A stretch of DNA of 46,328 bases from Candidatus Nomurabacteria bacterium (GTDB lineage: Bacteria > Patescibacteriota > Minisyncoccia > Phycocordibacterales > UBA9973). Of this stretch, positions 26,245 through 35,348 are shown piece by piece. The DNA is taken from NCBI GenBank assembly GCA_028286705.1, contig JAQBRC010000006.1, positions 1-46,328 on the forward strand, read 5' to 3'. Positions within the stretch are counted from its first letter, which is position 1, and every line of letters starts with the position of its first letter. Under the pieces are notes generated by a model. It ran no database searches, was not told the DNA's origin, and saw nothing but the letters and a program-made list of their open reading frames with translations. Made by a program: the position numbers and the translations under genes.

Positions 26245-27267
26245 ATGAACAAAATTTTAAAAATCATCCTCATACTCATCGGCGCATTCTTCCTTATCCT
26301 AGGAATCATATGGCTTATCGGGCGCAACAGCGCGTTAAAAAACGGCAAAGAACCTTTGACGTTCAGACAATTTCTGGGGTTGAGTACTAAGAAAGCTCCT
26401 GTGGAAACAGTACCGGGAGAAGGATCATCTTCATTTAATGGCGGTGGGACAACAACTGGGGGAAGCACTAATGGCGGAGACGGCACTGCGGGGACTGGTA
26501 CGAATGGCGGTGGTTCAAACGCTGGAGCAGGGGGTATTAGTGTTGATGGCAACGGCAACGTTGCTGTTAGCCAGTTTACCAATGGAGCAACAGGCTTAGG
26601 TACAAACGGTATCGGGGGAAGTGGTATAAGTAACGGTACTGGAACATCTGGGGGGCTCAATAGCGCAGGAAATCCTAATGCATCAACTGGAACAATAGGG
26701 AATGGCAATTCAATCAATATTTCAGGAATTGGCAATTCAAGTAGTACTAGTCAGCCGGTATGTAGCGATGAAGACCTTAATATCGACTTTACTCCCGCAC
26801 AGCTTGCTCAGCTTAATATCCTGCAAAGCCGCTTCTATGCACTTGCACAGACATTGCATAGTGACGCGGATGTAGAGACAGAGGTAGCAAACCACGATGC
26901 CTTTACCCTTAAAGCAGATAGCGTACTTGAACTATATAGCTATTGCGAGTCAAAGCTACCTTATATAAATGCAGCAGCTGATAGCAGACTGAGAGTACAT
27001 GTAGCCACTCCATTCTGGACAGCATATGACTCAAACCCTGCAGTACCAAGCTATGTTAATGCAAAAACAGGCCTAAACTTTCTTACGGCATCAGATCCTG
27101 CCAAGGCAGGATTCTCAATCCTTACCTACGCACAAGGCAACAAAACTAAGTACGGATTGCTTGACCTTACACAGCGTCAATTCATTGAAGTCAACGGATC
27201 TGCATTGCAAGACTGGCCAATTCTAACTCCTGCAGTTGAAAACATTTTACGCATTAATTTGTGGTAA
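26245..27267 (+). CDS. Membrane-anchored protein with a Gly/Asn/Thr/Ser-rich low-complexity stalk and a C-terminal globular domain
   Basis: N-terminal TM helix (ILILIGAFFLILGIIWLIG), then about 110 aa of GGTTTGGSTNGG/GTNGIGGSGISNGTG-type repeats, then about 170 aa of ordinary sequence. Confidence 0.65.
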   Translation: MNKILKIILILIGAFFLILGIIWLIGRNSALKNGKEPLTFRQFLGLSTKKAPVETVPGEGSSSFNGGGTTTGGSTNGGDGTAGTGTNGGGSNAGAGGISVDGNGNVAVSQFTNGATGLGTNGIGGSGISNGTGTSGGLNSAGNPNASTGTIGNGNSINISGIGNSSSTSQPVCSDEDLNIDFTPAQLAQLNILQSRFYALAQTLHSDADVETEVANHDAFTLKADSVLELYSYCESKLPYINAAADSRLRVHVATPFWTAYDSNPAVPSYVNAKTGLNFLTASDPAKAGFSILTYAQGNKTKYGLLDLTQRQFIEVNGSALQDWPILTPAVENILRINLW

Positions 27268-27297
27268 AAAAGTAGCGCTCCGTGATACAATGTACGA

Positions 27298-30200
27298 GTG
27301 TCCGCACGTCTATTTCGTCGCATTAAATCATCTTTTTCTCGTTTGAACAAAACATTCTTTTTCTCTGTAGCATTGGGGTTGGTTGTTGTGTTTTTTTCTG
27401 TTAGTCACGTGCTTGCTGACGCTGCCACAGACTACAGGTATTATCTAAAAAATTTTACTACTTCTAATGATGGCAAGTTAACTAGTGGGATTGGTGGCGG
27501 AACAGTAGCCGCAGCAAGTAAAAATGGTACAGGGGGTGATGGGCTAGTCTTCGTGGCCAATCTTGGAGTTGATACTTCTTCTCCTCATATTAACGCTAGC
27601 GTAAATGAGCCAGACAGTATTGCTCTGCACTGGGGTAGAGTAGCTCACATCAACGAAGCCTTTGTTATAAAAGTATGTCAGAATGGTACGACTCAGTGTT
27701 ATCTTAATACGGTCGCATACACCAATAATAGAGCAGACCCTGGGGTCCAAGCATTTTCTGAAACAGATACAGACGGCAACATTGCCGACAAGCAAGCTCT
27801 TCCTGTTGTTGCTTTCACAAAAACAGATCCAAGAAATACCGGTAACATATACGGATACGATGCGACAAATAAAACTGTCAGTACTAGCAACGGTATAACA
27901 TTTGGAAACGGCAGTTCACTTACGGCGACATTTTGGTACTGTGCCGTGAAAGGAACGGGGGATCCAGCCCCTCAGGACTATCTAAAAGCCAATCCTTCGG
28001 CAACTGACGCAGCAGTATTTGGAAATCTTTGTGGAGGCAGTACGTATTTTCAGATTGGAGGCCCTCTTTCAATAACAATTCCCTTAAATGCAAATGCAAT
28101 AAATCAGCAGGTGACACAATCTAGCCAGACTGTTGCAGCTGGATCAAGCGCAAGCTCATCAGACAACAGCAATATTCCAACTTGTGGAGTTACCAGTGGT
28201 ACAAAACTGTATGGCTGTGTGGCTTATCTCGCATATGGTATCTATGTTCTAGTTGCATGGGTTGCCGGTATCTTGGGCAGCCTCTTTGATTTCTTCTTGG
28301 GATATTCTGTTAGCGATGCCTCATATCGATATGGTTTTGCTGTTAACGGCTGGAAGCTGGTGCGTGATATCTCAAATATCTTTTTTATAATTATTATGGT
28401 GTGGACAGGTTTTTCTGCTGTCTTTGATACCAGCAAGAGCGGATCAATGCGTAAGATTGTTCCTGCACTTATCATCAACGCACTGCTCATCAACTTCAGT
28501 CTTTTTGCAACGAGGGTGGTCATTGATATTTCTAATATCACCGCACGTATGTTCTATAGTCAGATGGTGGTATGTGACAAGGTAAATATCGATACCAATA
28601 CTGGGAAGTGTGATCCGCTACAGGCAAGGCGAGGACCGGGGGGGTATTGGCCTTTGTCAGAAAAGATCATTTCTTCATTCAATCCTCAACAGCTGTTTAA
28701 GACTGCAACATTGCAACCTACGACAGCTCCTAGCAATACTTCTACAACCAATAGTTCTCAGCCCGGATTCTTGCCTGGCGCAACAGCAGGGACAGCAGGG
28801 ACTAGCGAGGTAGACTATGTGAACTATTTTATGGTGGTATGTATTGTTGCGGCAATCATTATGGGCTTTGCCGGAGTTATCTTTTTCAAGGTGGCATTCT
28901 TGTTCATTGCCCGAGTTGTCGGCCTGTATATTTGTATGATCTTCTCTCCGTTTGCTTTCCTTAGTCGTGATATTCCGATGCTCGGAAAGATTAAGCAACT
29001 GAGATGGGAAGACTGGCTTGGTGACCTTACTAATTATGCCTTGATGGCTCCAGTGTTTACATTTTTCCTCTACGTTATCTTCACTGTTATCTCTAGCGAC
29101 TTTGCTCAGCAGATAGGATACATGGATAGCAGCGGTACCTTTATGGGCACAGTACTATCCATTGTTATTCCTATGGCACTTATATACTTCCTTCTTGATG
29201 CAGCGAAAAGTGCTGCTACTAAGCTTTCAGGAAGTGTCGGACAAAAAATACAAGGGTTCGGAGAACAGATAACAGGCATGGCAGCTGGTACAGCCCTGGG
29301 CTTAGCAACTGGTGGTGCTGGTTTCTTGGGAAGAAATGTAGTGGGGCGTGCAGCAAAGAGTTTCGGGGAAGGGAAGACTGGCAGACAAATTGAGATAGAC
29401 GGCAAGATGGTAGATGAAACACGGGCAATGAGTATTGCATCACGATCAGCAACAAGTTGGTCTGCGAGACAAAAGAACAAGCTCTTGCGCGCAACACAGG
29501 TAGGAAGTTTCAATGTTGGGAATGCCGGCGTGAATATTGGAGGAAAGGACTACAAGCTTAATGATACTATCGGAAGAAGTCTTGGTCTTATGGGCGTAAA
29601 AACAAATAATCTGCTAAAAAATGCAGACTATGTTGGAGATGACGCAGGCAAAGGCGGGATTGTAGCCGTTGATAAAAAGCGTACTGAGGAACGCCAGAAA
29701 GAACTTGAGAATCGTATTCAATTCGATCATCTTAGCGATGACGAAGCTAAGGCAACATGGGAAGCACATAAAAGAAATGCTGCGCTAAAGAACGCAGAAG
29801 GTAACTGGAAGAACAATGATAATATCGATAAGGAAGATGGTGTAAAAGAAACAGCTGAATTACTAAAGACAGCAACTGAAAAAGAAGTGGCCTTGAGTAA
29901 AGAAAATGCTGATCTCGAACAGAAACTAGCTACCGCAACAGCTGCTGGAAGCACTGCGGAAATAGCTGCTCTGACTGCATCAAAAACAGCAAAGGAGAAA
30001 GAGGTCAGCGACAATCAGACCCGGAAGAATGCACTTACAACTACAATTGAAACCGAGCGTAAAAATAAAATCACAGAGCTTGAAAAAGGCAAGTACATGG
30101 AATCAGAAGCGTACAAAGCGGCAGAAAAAACTGAAAGGGAACGCCTTGATAAATTTGGAAAAATCAAAAATGGCAAAATGCTCACCGCTGCAATGCGCTC

Positions 30201-30831
30201 AGAATATGGTGAAGATTTGCGTAAGAATTCATTCTGGCTTAAGGACGGTAAGCCTCGATATGATCAAGCAGCTCTTGTTGCAGAAGGCGGTGTAATTGGT
30301 GGCGCAGCTGGTGCCGCAGCAATGGCGAGTCTGCTACCAGGAATTACTATTGCTATAGGCACAATGTTAGGGGTGAGCGGAGGAGTTATCGACAACAGAT
30401 TTGGTGATATCAACAGCAAGGCAACAAAGGCTATGGTTGATTCGTTTAAGAAGACACAAGGAAAGGGGAACAAGGAAACAAGGTTGGCTGGAGAAATTGA
30501 TGCAATCAATGATCAGATCAAGCAGGCAGCAGAAGCGCATGGCACGGTTCCTAGTGGCGGGGTAGACAGCTGGTCGGAAGAAGATGTAGAAACAGCAATC
30601 GCAGGACATACATATATCCTTCAACAAGAAAAAGAAGCTCTACACAGAGAAGCATCCGCTAGGGGCGTATCGGAGGAAGTTAAGAGAGCAAAAACTATCG
30701 AGGCACAATTGAAACAGAAGAAGATTGATAAGTTGAATAAGGCTATGGAAGAAAAGCGCAGAATTCAAAATGAGCTAGACAAGATAAAAACTGCAGCAGA
30801 TAATGCAAAGAAGGATGAACCTAAAAAATAA
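27298..30831 (+). CDS. Giant polytopic membrane protein, VirB6/TrbL-like by architecture and context (1177 aa)
   Basis: GTG start. About 290 aa of extracytoplasmic N-domain, at least 7 central TM helices (for example LYGCVAYLAYGIYVLVAWVAGILG, IFFIIIMVWTGFSAVF, VVCIVAAIIMGFAGVIFFKVAFLFIARVVGLYICMIF), then about 500 aa of K/E/A-rich coiled-coil tail. Positioned upstream of the PrgI-like and VirB4 genes, as in Gram-positive T4SS loci. Confidence 0.6.
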   Translation: MSARLFRRIKSSFSRLNKTFFFSVALGLVVVFFSVSHVLADAATDYRYYLKNFTTSNDGKLTSGIGGGTVAAASKNGTGGDGLVFVANLGVDTSSPHINASVNEPDSIALHWGRVAHINEAFVIKVCQNGTTQCYLNTVAYTNNRADPGVQAFSETDTDGNIADKQALPVVAFTKTDPRNTGNIYGYDATNKTVSTSNGITFGNGSSLTATFWYCAVKGTGDPAPQDYLKANPSATDAAVFGNLCGGSTYFQIGGPLSITIPLNANAINQQVTQSSQTVAAGSSASSSDNSNIPTCGVTSGTKLYGCVAYLAYGIYVLVAWVAGILGSLFDFFLGYSVSDASYRYGFAVNGWKLVRDISNIFFIIIMVWTGFSAVFDTSKSGSMRKIVPALIINALLINFSLFATRVVIDISNITARMFYSQMVVCDKVNIDTNTGKCDPLQARRGPGGYWPLSEKIISSFNPQQLFKTATLQPTTAPSNTSTTNSSQPGFLPGATAGTAGTSEVDYVNYFMVVCIVAAIIMGFAGVIFFKVAFLFIARVVGLYICMIFSPFAFLSRDIPMLGKIKQLRWEDWLGDLTNYALMAPVFTFFLYVIFTVISSDFAQQIGYMDSSGTFMGTVLSIVIPMALIYFLLDAAKSAATKLSGSVGQKIQGFGEQITGMAAGTALGLATGGAGFLGRNVVGRAAKSFGEGKTGRQIEIDGKMVDETRAMSIASRSATSWSARQKNKLLRATQVGSFNVGNAGVNIGGKDYKLNDTIGRSLGLMGVKTNNLLKNADYVGDDAGKGGIVAVDKKRTEERQKELENRIQFDHLSDDEAKATWEAHKRNAALKNAEGNWKNNDNIDKEDGVKETAELLKTATEKEVALSKENADLEQKLATATAAGSTAEIAALTASKTAKEKEVSDNQTRKNALTTTIETERKNKITELEKGKYMESEAYKAAEKTERERLDKFGKIKNGKMLTAAMRSEYGEDLRKNSFWLKDGKPRYDQAALVAEGGVIGGAAGAAAMASLLPGITIAIGTMLGVSGGVIDNRFGDINSKATKAMVDSFKKTQGKGNKETRLAGEIDAINDQIKQAAEAHGTVPSGGVDSWSEEDVETAIAGHTYILQQEKEALHREASARGVSEEVKRAKTIEAQLKQKKIDKLNKAMEEKRRIQNELDKIKTAADNAKKDEPKK

Positions 30832-30833
30832 CT

Positions 30834-31439
30834 ATGGAATCAACACCTAAAACAACAGAAGAATTATGGGCAGAAGATGGGCTGAAGAACGTACCGAGTG
30901 AAGTAGTAGACTTTATGACAAGTCCTTTGTATGAAGTAATCATTAGTGCTGCTCAGCAGGCTCTTTCTCTGACTGCAGAACAAAAGAATTGGATGAGGCT
31001 GCTCTCATATGAATTACTTATGACCACCATAACTGAGAAGGGGGCCTACCAATTCTTGATTGACCATAGTGTGTCAGCAGAAACTGCTATTAAAATACTC
31101 TATGTAATTGACACCGAAATCCTCACGCGTGCAGAAAATATTACAGAATTCTTTACTGACGATTCTGAGGTAACAGATGAAGAGGTTGCTAGCTATGCAG
31201 CACCAAAGCCAGTTAACTTCGCACCGACAAGTCTGCAATCTCTGGCAGACCGACTCAAACAACCTTCATTTTCTGCTAACACATCTCACAGTTATATTCC
31301 TGCACAGGGAACAGTACCAGCAAATCTTCCTGTTACCGAACTGATTCTCACTCCAGATACAGCAGCGGATGCGCCAGTTGCTCCGGCATCAAATCCTATA
31401 AAAACTATCGACCCGTATCACGAACCAATAGAAAAATAA
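30834..31439 (+). CDS. Acidic cytoplasmic protein (201 aa, unknown function) within the T4SS-like locus
   Basis: No TM helix or signal peptide. Its ATG is 2 nt after the VirB6-like stop, within an 18-nt junction sequence that recurs at 31872-31889. Confidence 0.6.
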   Translation: MESTPKTTEELWAEDGLKNVPSEVVDFMTSPLYEVIISAAQQALSLTAEQKNWMRLLSYELLMTTITEKGAYQFLIDHSVSAETAIKILYVIDTEILTRAENITEFFTDDSEVTDEEVASYAAPKPVNFAPTSLQSLADRLKQPSFSANTSHSYIPAQGTVPANLPVTELILTPDTAADAPVAPASNPIKTIDPYHEPIEK

Positions 31440-31463
31440 TATCTGCTATACTTGTAGCAGCAT

Positions 31464-31883
31464 ATGCAGTTCAAGGTCCCACAATTTATTGATATTGAAG
31501 ACAAAGTCTTTGGACCGCTTACCTTCAAACAGTTCGCATACCTTGCAGGGGGAGCGGGCCTTGGCTATTTGGCGTTTCGTTTCTTGCCGACAATTATTGC
31601 GATTGTTGTGGGGCCATTGCTGGTAGCGTTCGCATTAGCGTTGGCATTTATGAAATACAACGACAAGCCGTTTGTTAACGTAGTTGAATCATTTATTCGA
31701 TACTATTCACATTCTCGACTATACCTTTGGCACAAGCAGCCATCTGGAAATGTTACAACCGCTCGTCCTCGAGACGATATGCCTCAGCTCATCGCCCATA
31801 CAGGACAAGGCCGTGATACAATGAACGAGAGTAAGCTGAAGACACTTTCATGGAGTGTTGATGTCATTGACCCTAAAAAATAA
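31464..31883 (+). CDS. PrgI-family (VirB3-like) small membrane protein
   Basis: The N-terminus MQFKVPQFIDIEDKVFGPLTFKQFAYLAGGAGLGYLAF followed by two TM helices matches the remembered PrgI-family pattern. It sits immediately upstream of VirB4, as expected for this family. Confidence 0.7.
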   Translation: MQFKVPQFIDIEDKVFGPLTFKQFAYLAGGAGLGYLAFRFLPTIIAIVVGPLLVAFALALAFMKYNDKPFVNVVESFIRYYSHSRLYLWHKQPSGNVTTARPRDDMPQLIAHTGQGRDTMNESKLKTLSWSVDVIDPKK

Positions 31884-31885
31884 CT

Positions 31886-32521
31886 ATGGCCACTATCGGA
31901 ACACCCGCCCAACAATTTATTCCCGTCCAGGACGTTCGTGACGGCATTGTCGTATTGAAAGACGGCACCCTTTGCACCATTGTATTGGTTTCTTCCGTCA
32001 ACCTTAGCCTAAAGTCATACGACGAACAGCGCGCAACACTGTCTCAGTTCCAGAACTTTTTAAATACTCTTGATTTTCCAGTACAGATTGTCGTTCAGTC
32101 TCGTAAATATGATGTTCGTCCTTATATTTTAACGCTAGAAAACCGTCTGAAAGAGCAGACAGAGCAGCTGTTGCAGGTACAGACTCGCGAATATATCCAG
32201 TTTATCCAAACTTTTACCGACCAAGTGAACGTTATGCGCAAGTCTTTTTTTGTAGTTATTCCGTATGTTCCAGCAGTATTGAAACAAAGTTCTGGCATTG
32301 GAAAATTCTTTTCGTTCCTACGAAGTACTCCTAAGTCTGATTCTGGAGTTATCAGCGACTTTGAGGAAGAGCGTACGCAGCTTGAGCAACGCGTTAGCGT
32401 TGTTGAACAGGGACTATCAAGCGTTGGTCTTCGACTGGTGCAGCTTGGTACGCAGGAGGTGATTGAAGTGCTGTATAAGACCTTCAACCCTGGAGAAACC
32501 ACCAGCCAATCTAACGCCTAG
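31886..32521 (+). CDS. VirB4 N-terminal segment encoded as a separate 211-aa ORF
   Basis: QQFIPVQDVRDGIVVLKDGTLCTIVLVSSVNLSLKSYDEQRATLSQFQNFLNTLDFPVQIVVQS resembles the extreme N-terminus of Gram-positive VirB4-type ATPases (Tn916 Orf16/TcpF/PrgJ class), which are normally about 800-aa single polypeptides. Confidence 0.6.
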   Translation: MATIGTPAQQFIPVQDVRDGIVVLKDGTLCTIVLVSSVNLSLKSYDEQRATLSQFQNFLNTLDFPVQIVVQSRKYDVRPYILTLENRLKEQTEQLLQVQTREYIQFIQTFTDQVNVMRKSFFVVIPYVPAVLKQSSGIGKFFSFLRSTPKSDSGVISDFEEERTQLEQRVSVVEQGLSSVGLRLVQLGTQEVIEVLYKTFNPGETTSQSNA

Positions 32522-32546
32522 CGATAAACTGAGGTATACTGTATCC

Positions 32547-34334
32547 ATGAAAGACAACGGAGGGCTTCTACCAATCTCCTCATCACAAGTTCACGAATGG
32601 GAAACAATGGAACTAGCAGACAAGATTGCTCCTTCTGCTATTGAAATCACTTCCAAGTCCATGCGTATCGGCGATAAGATCGTTCGTACCTTCTTTGTTA
32701 TTTCTTATCCTCGATACCTTACCGACAATTGGCTGACTCCAATTATCAATCTTGATAAGATTTTTGATATTGCCATCTATGTTAACCCTATTGAAACAGC
32801 AGAATTGCTGAAGCATTTCCAGAAGAAGATTGCCGAAGTGGAGAGTCAGATCATCGTTCGCCAGCAAAAGGGATTAGTTCGCGACCCAATGCTTGATACT
32901 GCGAGAGAAGACTTGGAAGAGCTTCGTGACAACCTGACACAGGCACAGGAAAAGATGTTTGACCTTGGCATGTACATCACCATCTACGCTGACAACGAAA
33001 CAGACTTGTTCCGCACTGAAAGTGAAATCAAGTCACTGCTTGAGTCAAAGCTTATTTATATGAAGCCAACGCTCTTTCAAGAAGAGGATGGGTTCAAGAC
33101 TGTTGCCCCACTTGGTACAGACAAACTCAATGTCACACAAAAGCTTAACTCTGAGCCTATTTCTAGTATGTTTCCATTCGTTTCATTCGACCTTACAAGC
33201 GAAACAGGAATCTTGTACGGTGTTAACCGACACAACTCTAGTCTTGTTATCTTTGATCGTTTCAGTCTTGAAAACTATAACTCTATTATCTTTGCCAAGT
33301 CTGGTGCCGGAAAGAGTTACGCGACAAAGTTGGAAATCATTCGTACGTTGATGTTTGATACAGACGTTATCGTTATTGACCCTGAACGAGAATACGAATA
33401 TCTCGCAGAAGCTATTGGCGGACGTTATTTTAATATTTCATTGTCTTCAGAACACCACATTAATCCGTTTGACCTTCCTATTCCTCGTGAAGACGAGTCA
33501 GCAGCAGATGTGTTGCGCAGCAACATCATCAACCTTGTTGGGTTGTTCCGTATCATGCTTGGAGGGTTAAGTCCTGAGGAAGACTCAATCATTGACCGTG
33601 CCATTACAGAAACCTATTCTCTTAAAGACATTAGTGCCGAGTCAGACTTTAGCAGCATTGAACCACCATTGCTGTCAGACTTTGAAATGGTATTGTCAGG
33701 GATGGAGGGAACTGACTCTGTCTTGCAGCGTCTCACTAAATATACCCATGGCTCATGGTCTAACTTTATCAACCAGCCAACAAACGTTGATATCAACAAG
33801 AAGTTCGTTGTCTTTTCAGTGCGAGACATGGAAGACGACCTTAAGCCTGCTGCTATGTATATAGTGACGCACTTTATTTGGAATGCTGTCCGCAAGGAAC
33901 TGAAGAAGCGCCTATTGGTTGTTGACGAGGCATGGTGGATGATGAAGTCAGAAGACACAGCAAGCTTCCTATACTCCATCGCAAAGCGAGGACGTAAGTA
34001 TTATTTGGGCCTTTGTACCATTACTCAAGACGTTGGGGACTTCATGAAGAGCCCATATGGTGTGCCAATTATCACCAACTCTTCTATCCAGCTATTGCTG
34101 AAGCAATCTCCATCAACTATGGATGTCTTGCAAAAGACCTTTAACCTGACTGACGAGGAGAAGTATCTATTGTTGGAGTCTGGGGTAGGGGAAGGAATCT
34201 TCTTTGCCGGACTGAAGCATGTGGCTATCAAGATCATCGCTTCCTATACAGAAGACCAAATCATCACCTCTGACCCTTCACAGGTTATTTCTATCAAGAA
34301 AGCCAAACAGGAATTCTCCGAACAGAGAGCGTAA
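32547..34334 (+). CDS. virB4: VirB4-type T4SS ATPase (C-terminal 595 aa including the P-loop domain)
   Basis: Walker A is FAKSGAGKSYATK and Walker B is LLVVDEAWWMM. The upstream VirB4 middle region is KIAPSAIEI...RTFFVISYPRYLTDNWL. The ATG at 32547 is chosen over the track's 32463, which overlaps the previous ORF in another frame. Confidence 0.85.
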   Translation: MKDNGGLLPISSSQVHEWETMELADKIAPSAIEITSKSMRIGDKIVRTFFVISYPRYLTDNWLTPIINLDKIFDIAIYVNPIETAELLKHFQKKIAEVESQIIVRQQKGLVRDPMLDTAREDLEELRDNLTQAQEKMFDLGMYITIYADNETDLFRTESEIKSLLESKLIYMKPTLFQEEDGFKTVAPLGTDKLNVTQKLNSEPISSMFPFVSFDLTSETGILYGVNRHNSSLVIFDRFSLENYNSIIFAKSGAGKSYATKLEIIRTLMFDTDVIVIDPEREYEYLAEAIGGRYFNISLSSEHHINPFDLPIPREDESAADVLRSNIINLVGLFRIMLGGLSPEEDSIIDRAITETYSLKDISAESDFSSIEPPLLSDFEMVLSGMEGTDSVLQRLTKYTHGSWSNFINQPTNVDINKKFVVFSVRDMEDDLKPAAMYIVTHFIWNAVRKELKKRLLVVDEAWWMMKSEDTASFLYSIAKRGRKYYLGLCTITQDVGDFMKSPYGVPIITNSSIQLLLKQSPSTMDVLQKTFNLTDEEKYLLLESGVGEGIFFAGLKHVAIKIIASYTEDQIITSDPSQVISIKKAKQEFSEQRA

Positions 34335-34361
34335 AGCACTGCTGTTTGCTATACTTATAGC

Positions 34362-35327
34362 GTGAAATCTATCTTAAAAAGAATCAGTGTCATAACTATT
34401 GCAGCAATACTTTCAATTGTTGTGTTTAGTATGGTACATGCGCAGTCTGCTTCTGTTGATCTCTCTATCACGAGCAGTCCTATAAACCCCGCTCCGGGGG
34501 AGAAGGTAACACTTACACTGCAGAGCTTTAGTGCCGACCTCAGTCAAGCCAATATTGTTTGGGACTATAACGGCAAAAACATTGCCTCAGGAAAAGGAAG
34601 GACGACTATTTCAGTTATTGCTCCGGGTAGCGGGATATCAGGTTCCATTACTGCCAGCGCAACAGGAGGATTTAATGCGGCTAGTGCGACACTGATATTG
34701 CGGCCTGCCAGCGTTGATCTGCTCTTTGAAGGAGCAGACAGTTATACTGCTCCCTTTTATAAAGGCTTAGCGCTACCCTCAACAGGAGGAATTGTTCGCG
34801 TTACAGCAATTCCATCAATTACAGCACCAAAAGGATTGAGCTTTAACTGGAAAAGAAACGGTGAGGCGCAACAGACTGCTTCAGGCTACGGCAAATCAAC
34901 ACTATTGTTCAAGCACGACGAGCTAACCCCGACAGAAACCATTGATGTTACAGAAAACAATGGCGGTTTTAGCGGGGCTGGCAGTATCAGTGTTACTCCA
35001 GGAAAACCTATCATTGCAGGATATTTCAACAATGACGGCTATGTGGATTATGCTAACGGATCAACGGGTATCCTTAGTACAACTGGTACCGGTGCATTGA
35101 TACACTTCGAACCCTATTTTATTTCTTCTCCGAACAGCCTGGCTCGTGACTTAACATTTTCATACACTGATGACAGCGGCAATGCGCTTAATCCTTCTAG
35201 GATAAAGAACGAACTAGGATTATCTCGCCCTGACAATGGGGGAGGGTCTGATTTCAGCACCGCAGTAAGTACTGTAGTATTCACCCTTCAGAACATCACC
35301 AAACGATTCACAGTCAATTTCAATTAG
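34362..35327 (+). CDS. Secreted protein, probably beta-sandwich/Ig-like (unknown function)
   Basis: GTG start and a signal peptide (MKSILKRISVITIAAILSIVVFSMVHAQS). The beta-rich composition lacks Cys or catalytic motifs. Confidence 0.6.
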   Translation: MKSILKRISVITIAAILSIVVFSMVHAQSASVDLSITSSPINPAPGEKVTLTLQSFSADLSQANIVWDYNGKNIASGKGRTTISVIAPGSGISGSITASATGGFNAASATLILRPASVDLLFEGADSYTAPFYKGLALPSTGGIVRVTAIPSITAPKGLSFNWKRNGEAQQTASGYGKSTLLFKHDELTPTETIDVTENNGGFSGAGSISVTPGKPIIAGYFNNDGYVDYANGSTGILSTTGTGALIHFEPYFISSPNSLARDLTFSYTDDSGNALNPSRIKNELGLSRPDNGGGSDFSTAVSTVVFTLQNITKRFTVNFN

Positions 35328-35348
35328 GATTCGTGATAAACTAAAGGT

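Noticed and set aside
26235-26735. 166-aa Pro-rich minus-strand ORF
   Set aside because: It is a mirror-image artefact of the Gly/Asn/Thr-rich stalk of the plus-strand gene 26245-27267, which sits in a tight co-directional operon.
32463-32546. Upstream extension of the VirB4 ATPase ORF (MKCCIRPSTLEKPPANLTPSDKLRYTVS)
   Set aside because: It overlaps the preceding ORF in another frame and has no VirB4-like sequence. The ATG at 32547 was preferred. The region remains relevant to the split or frameshift question.
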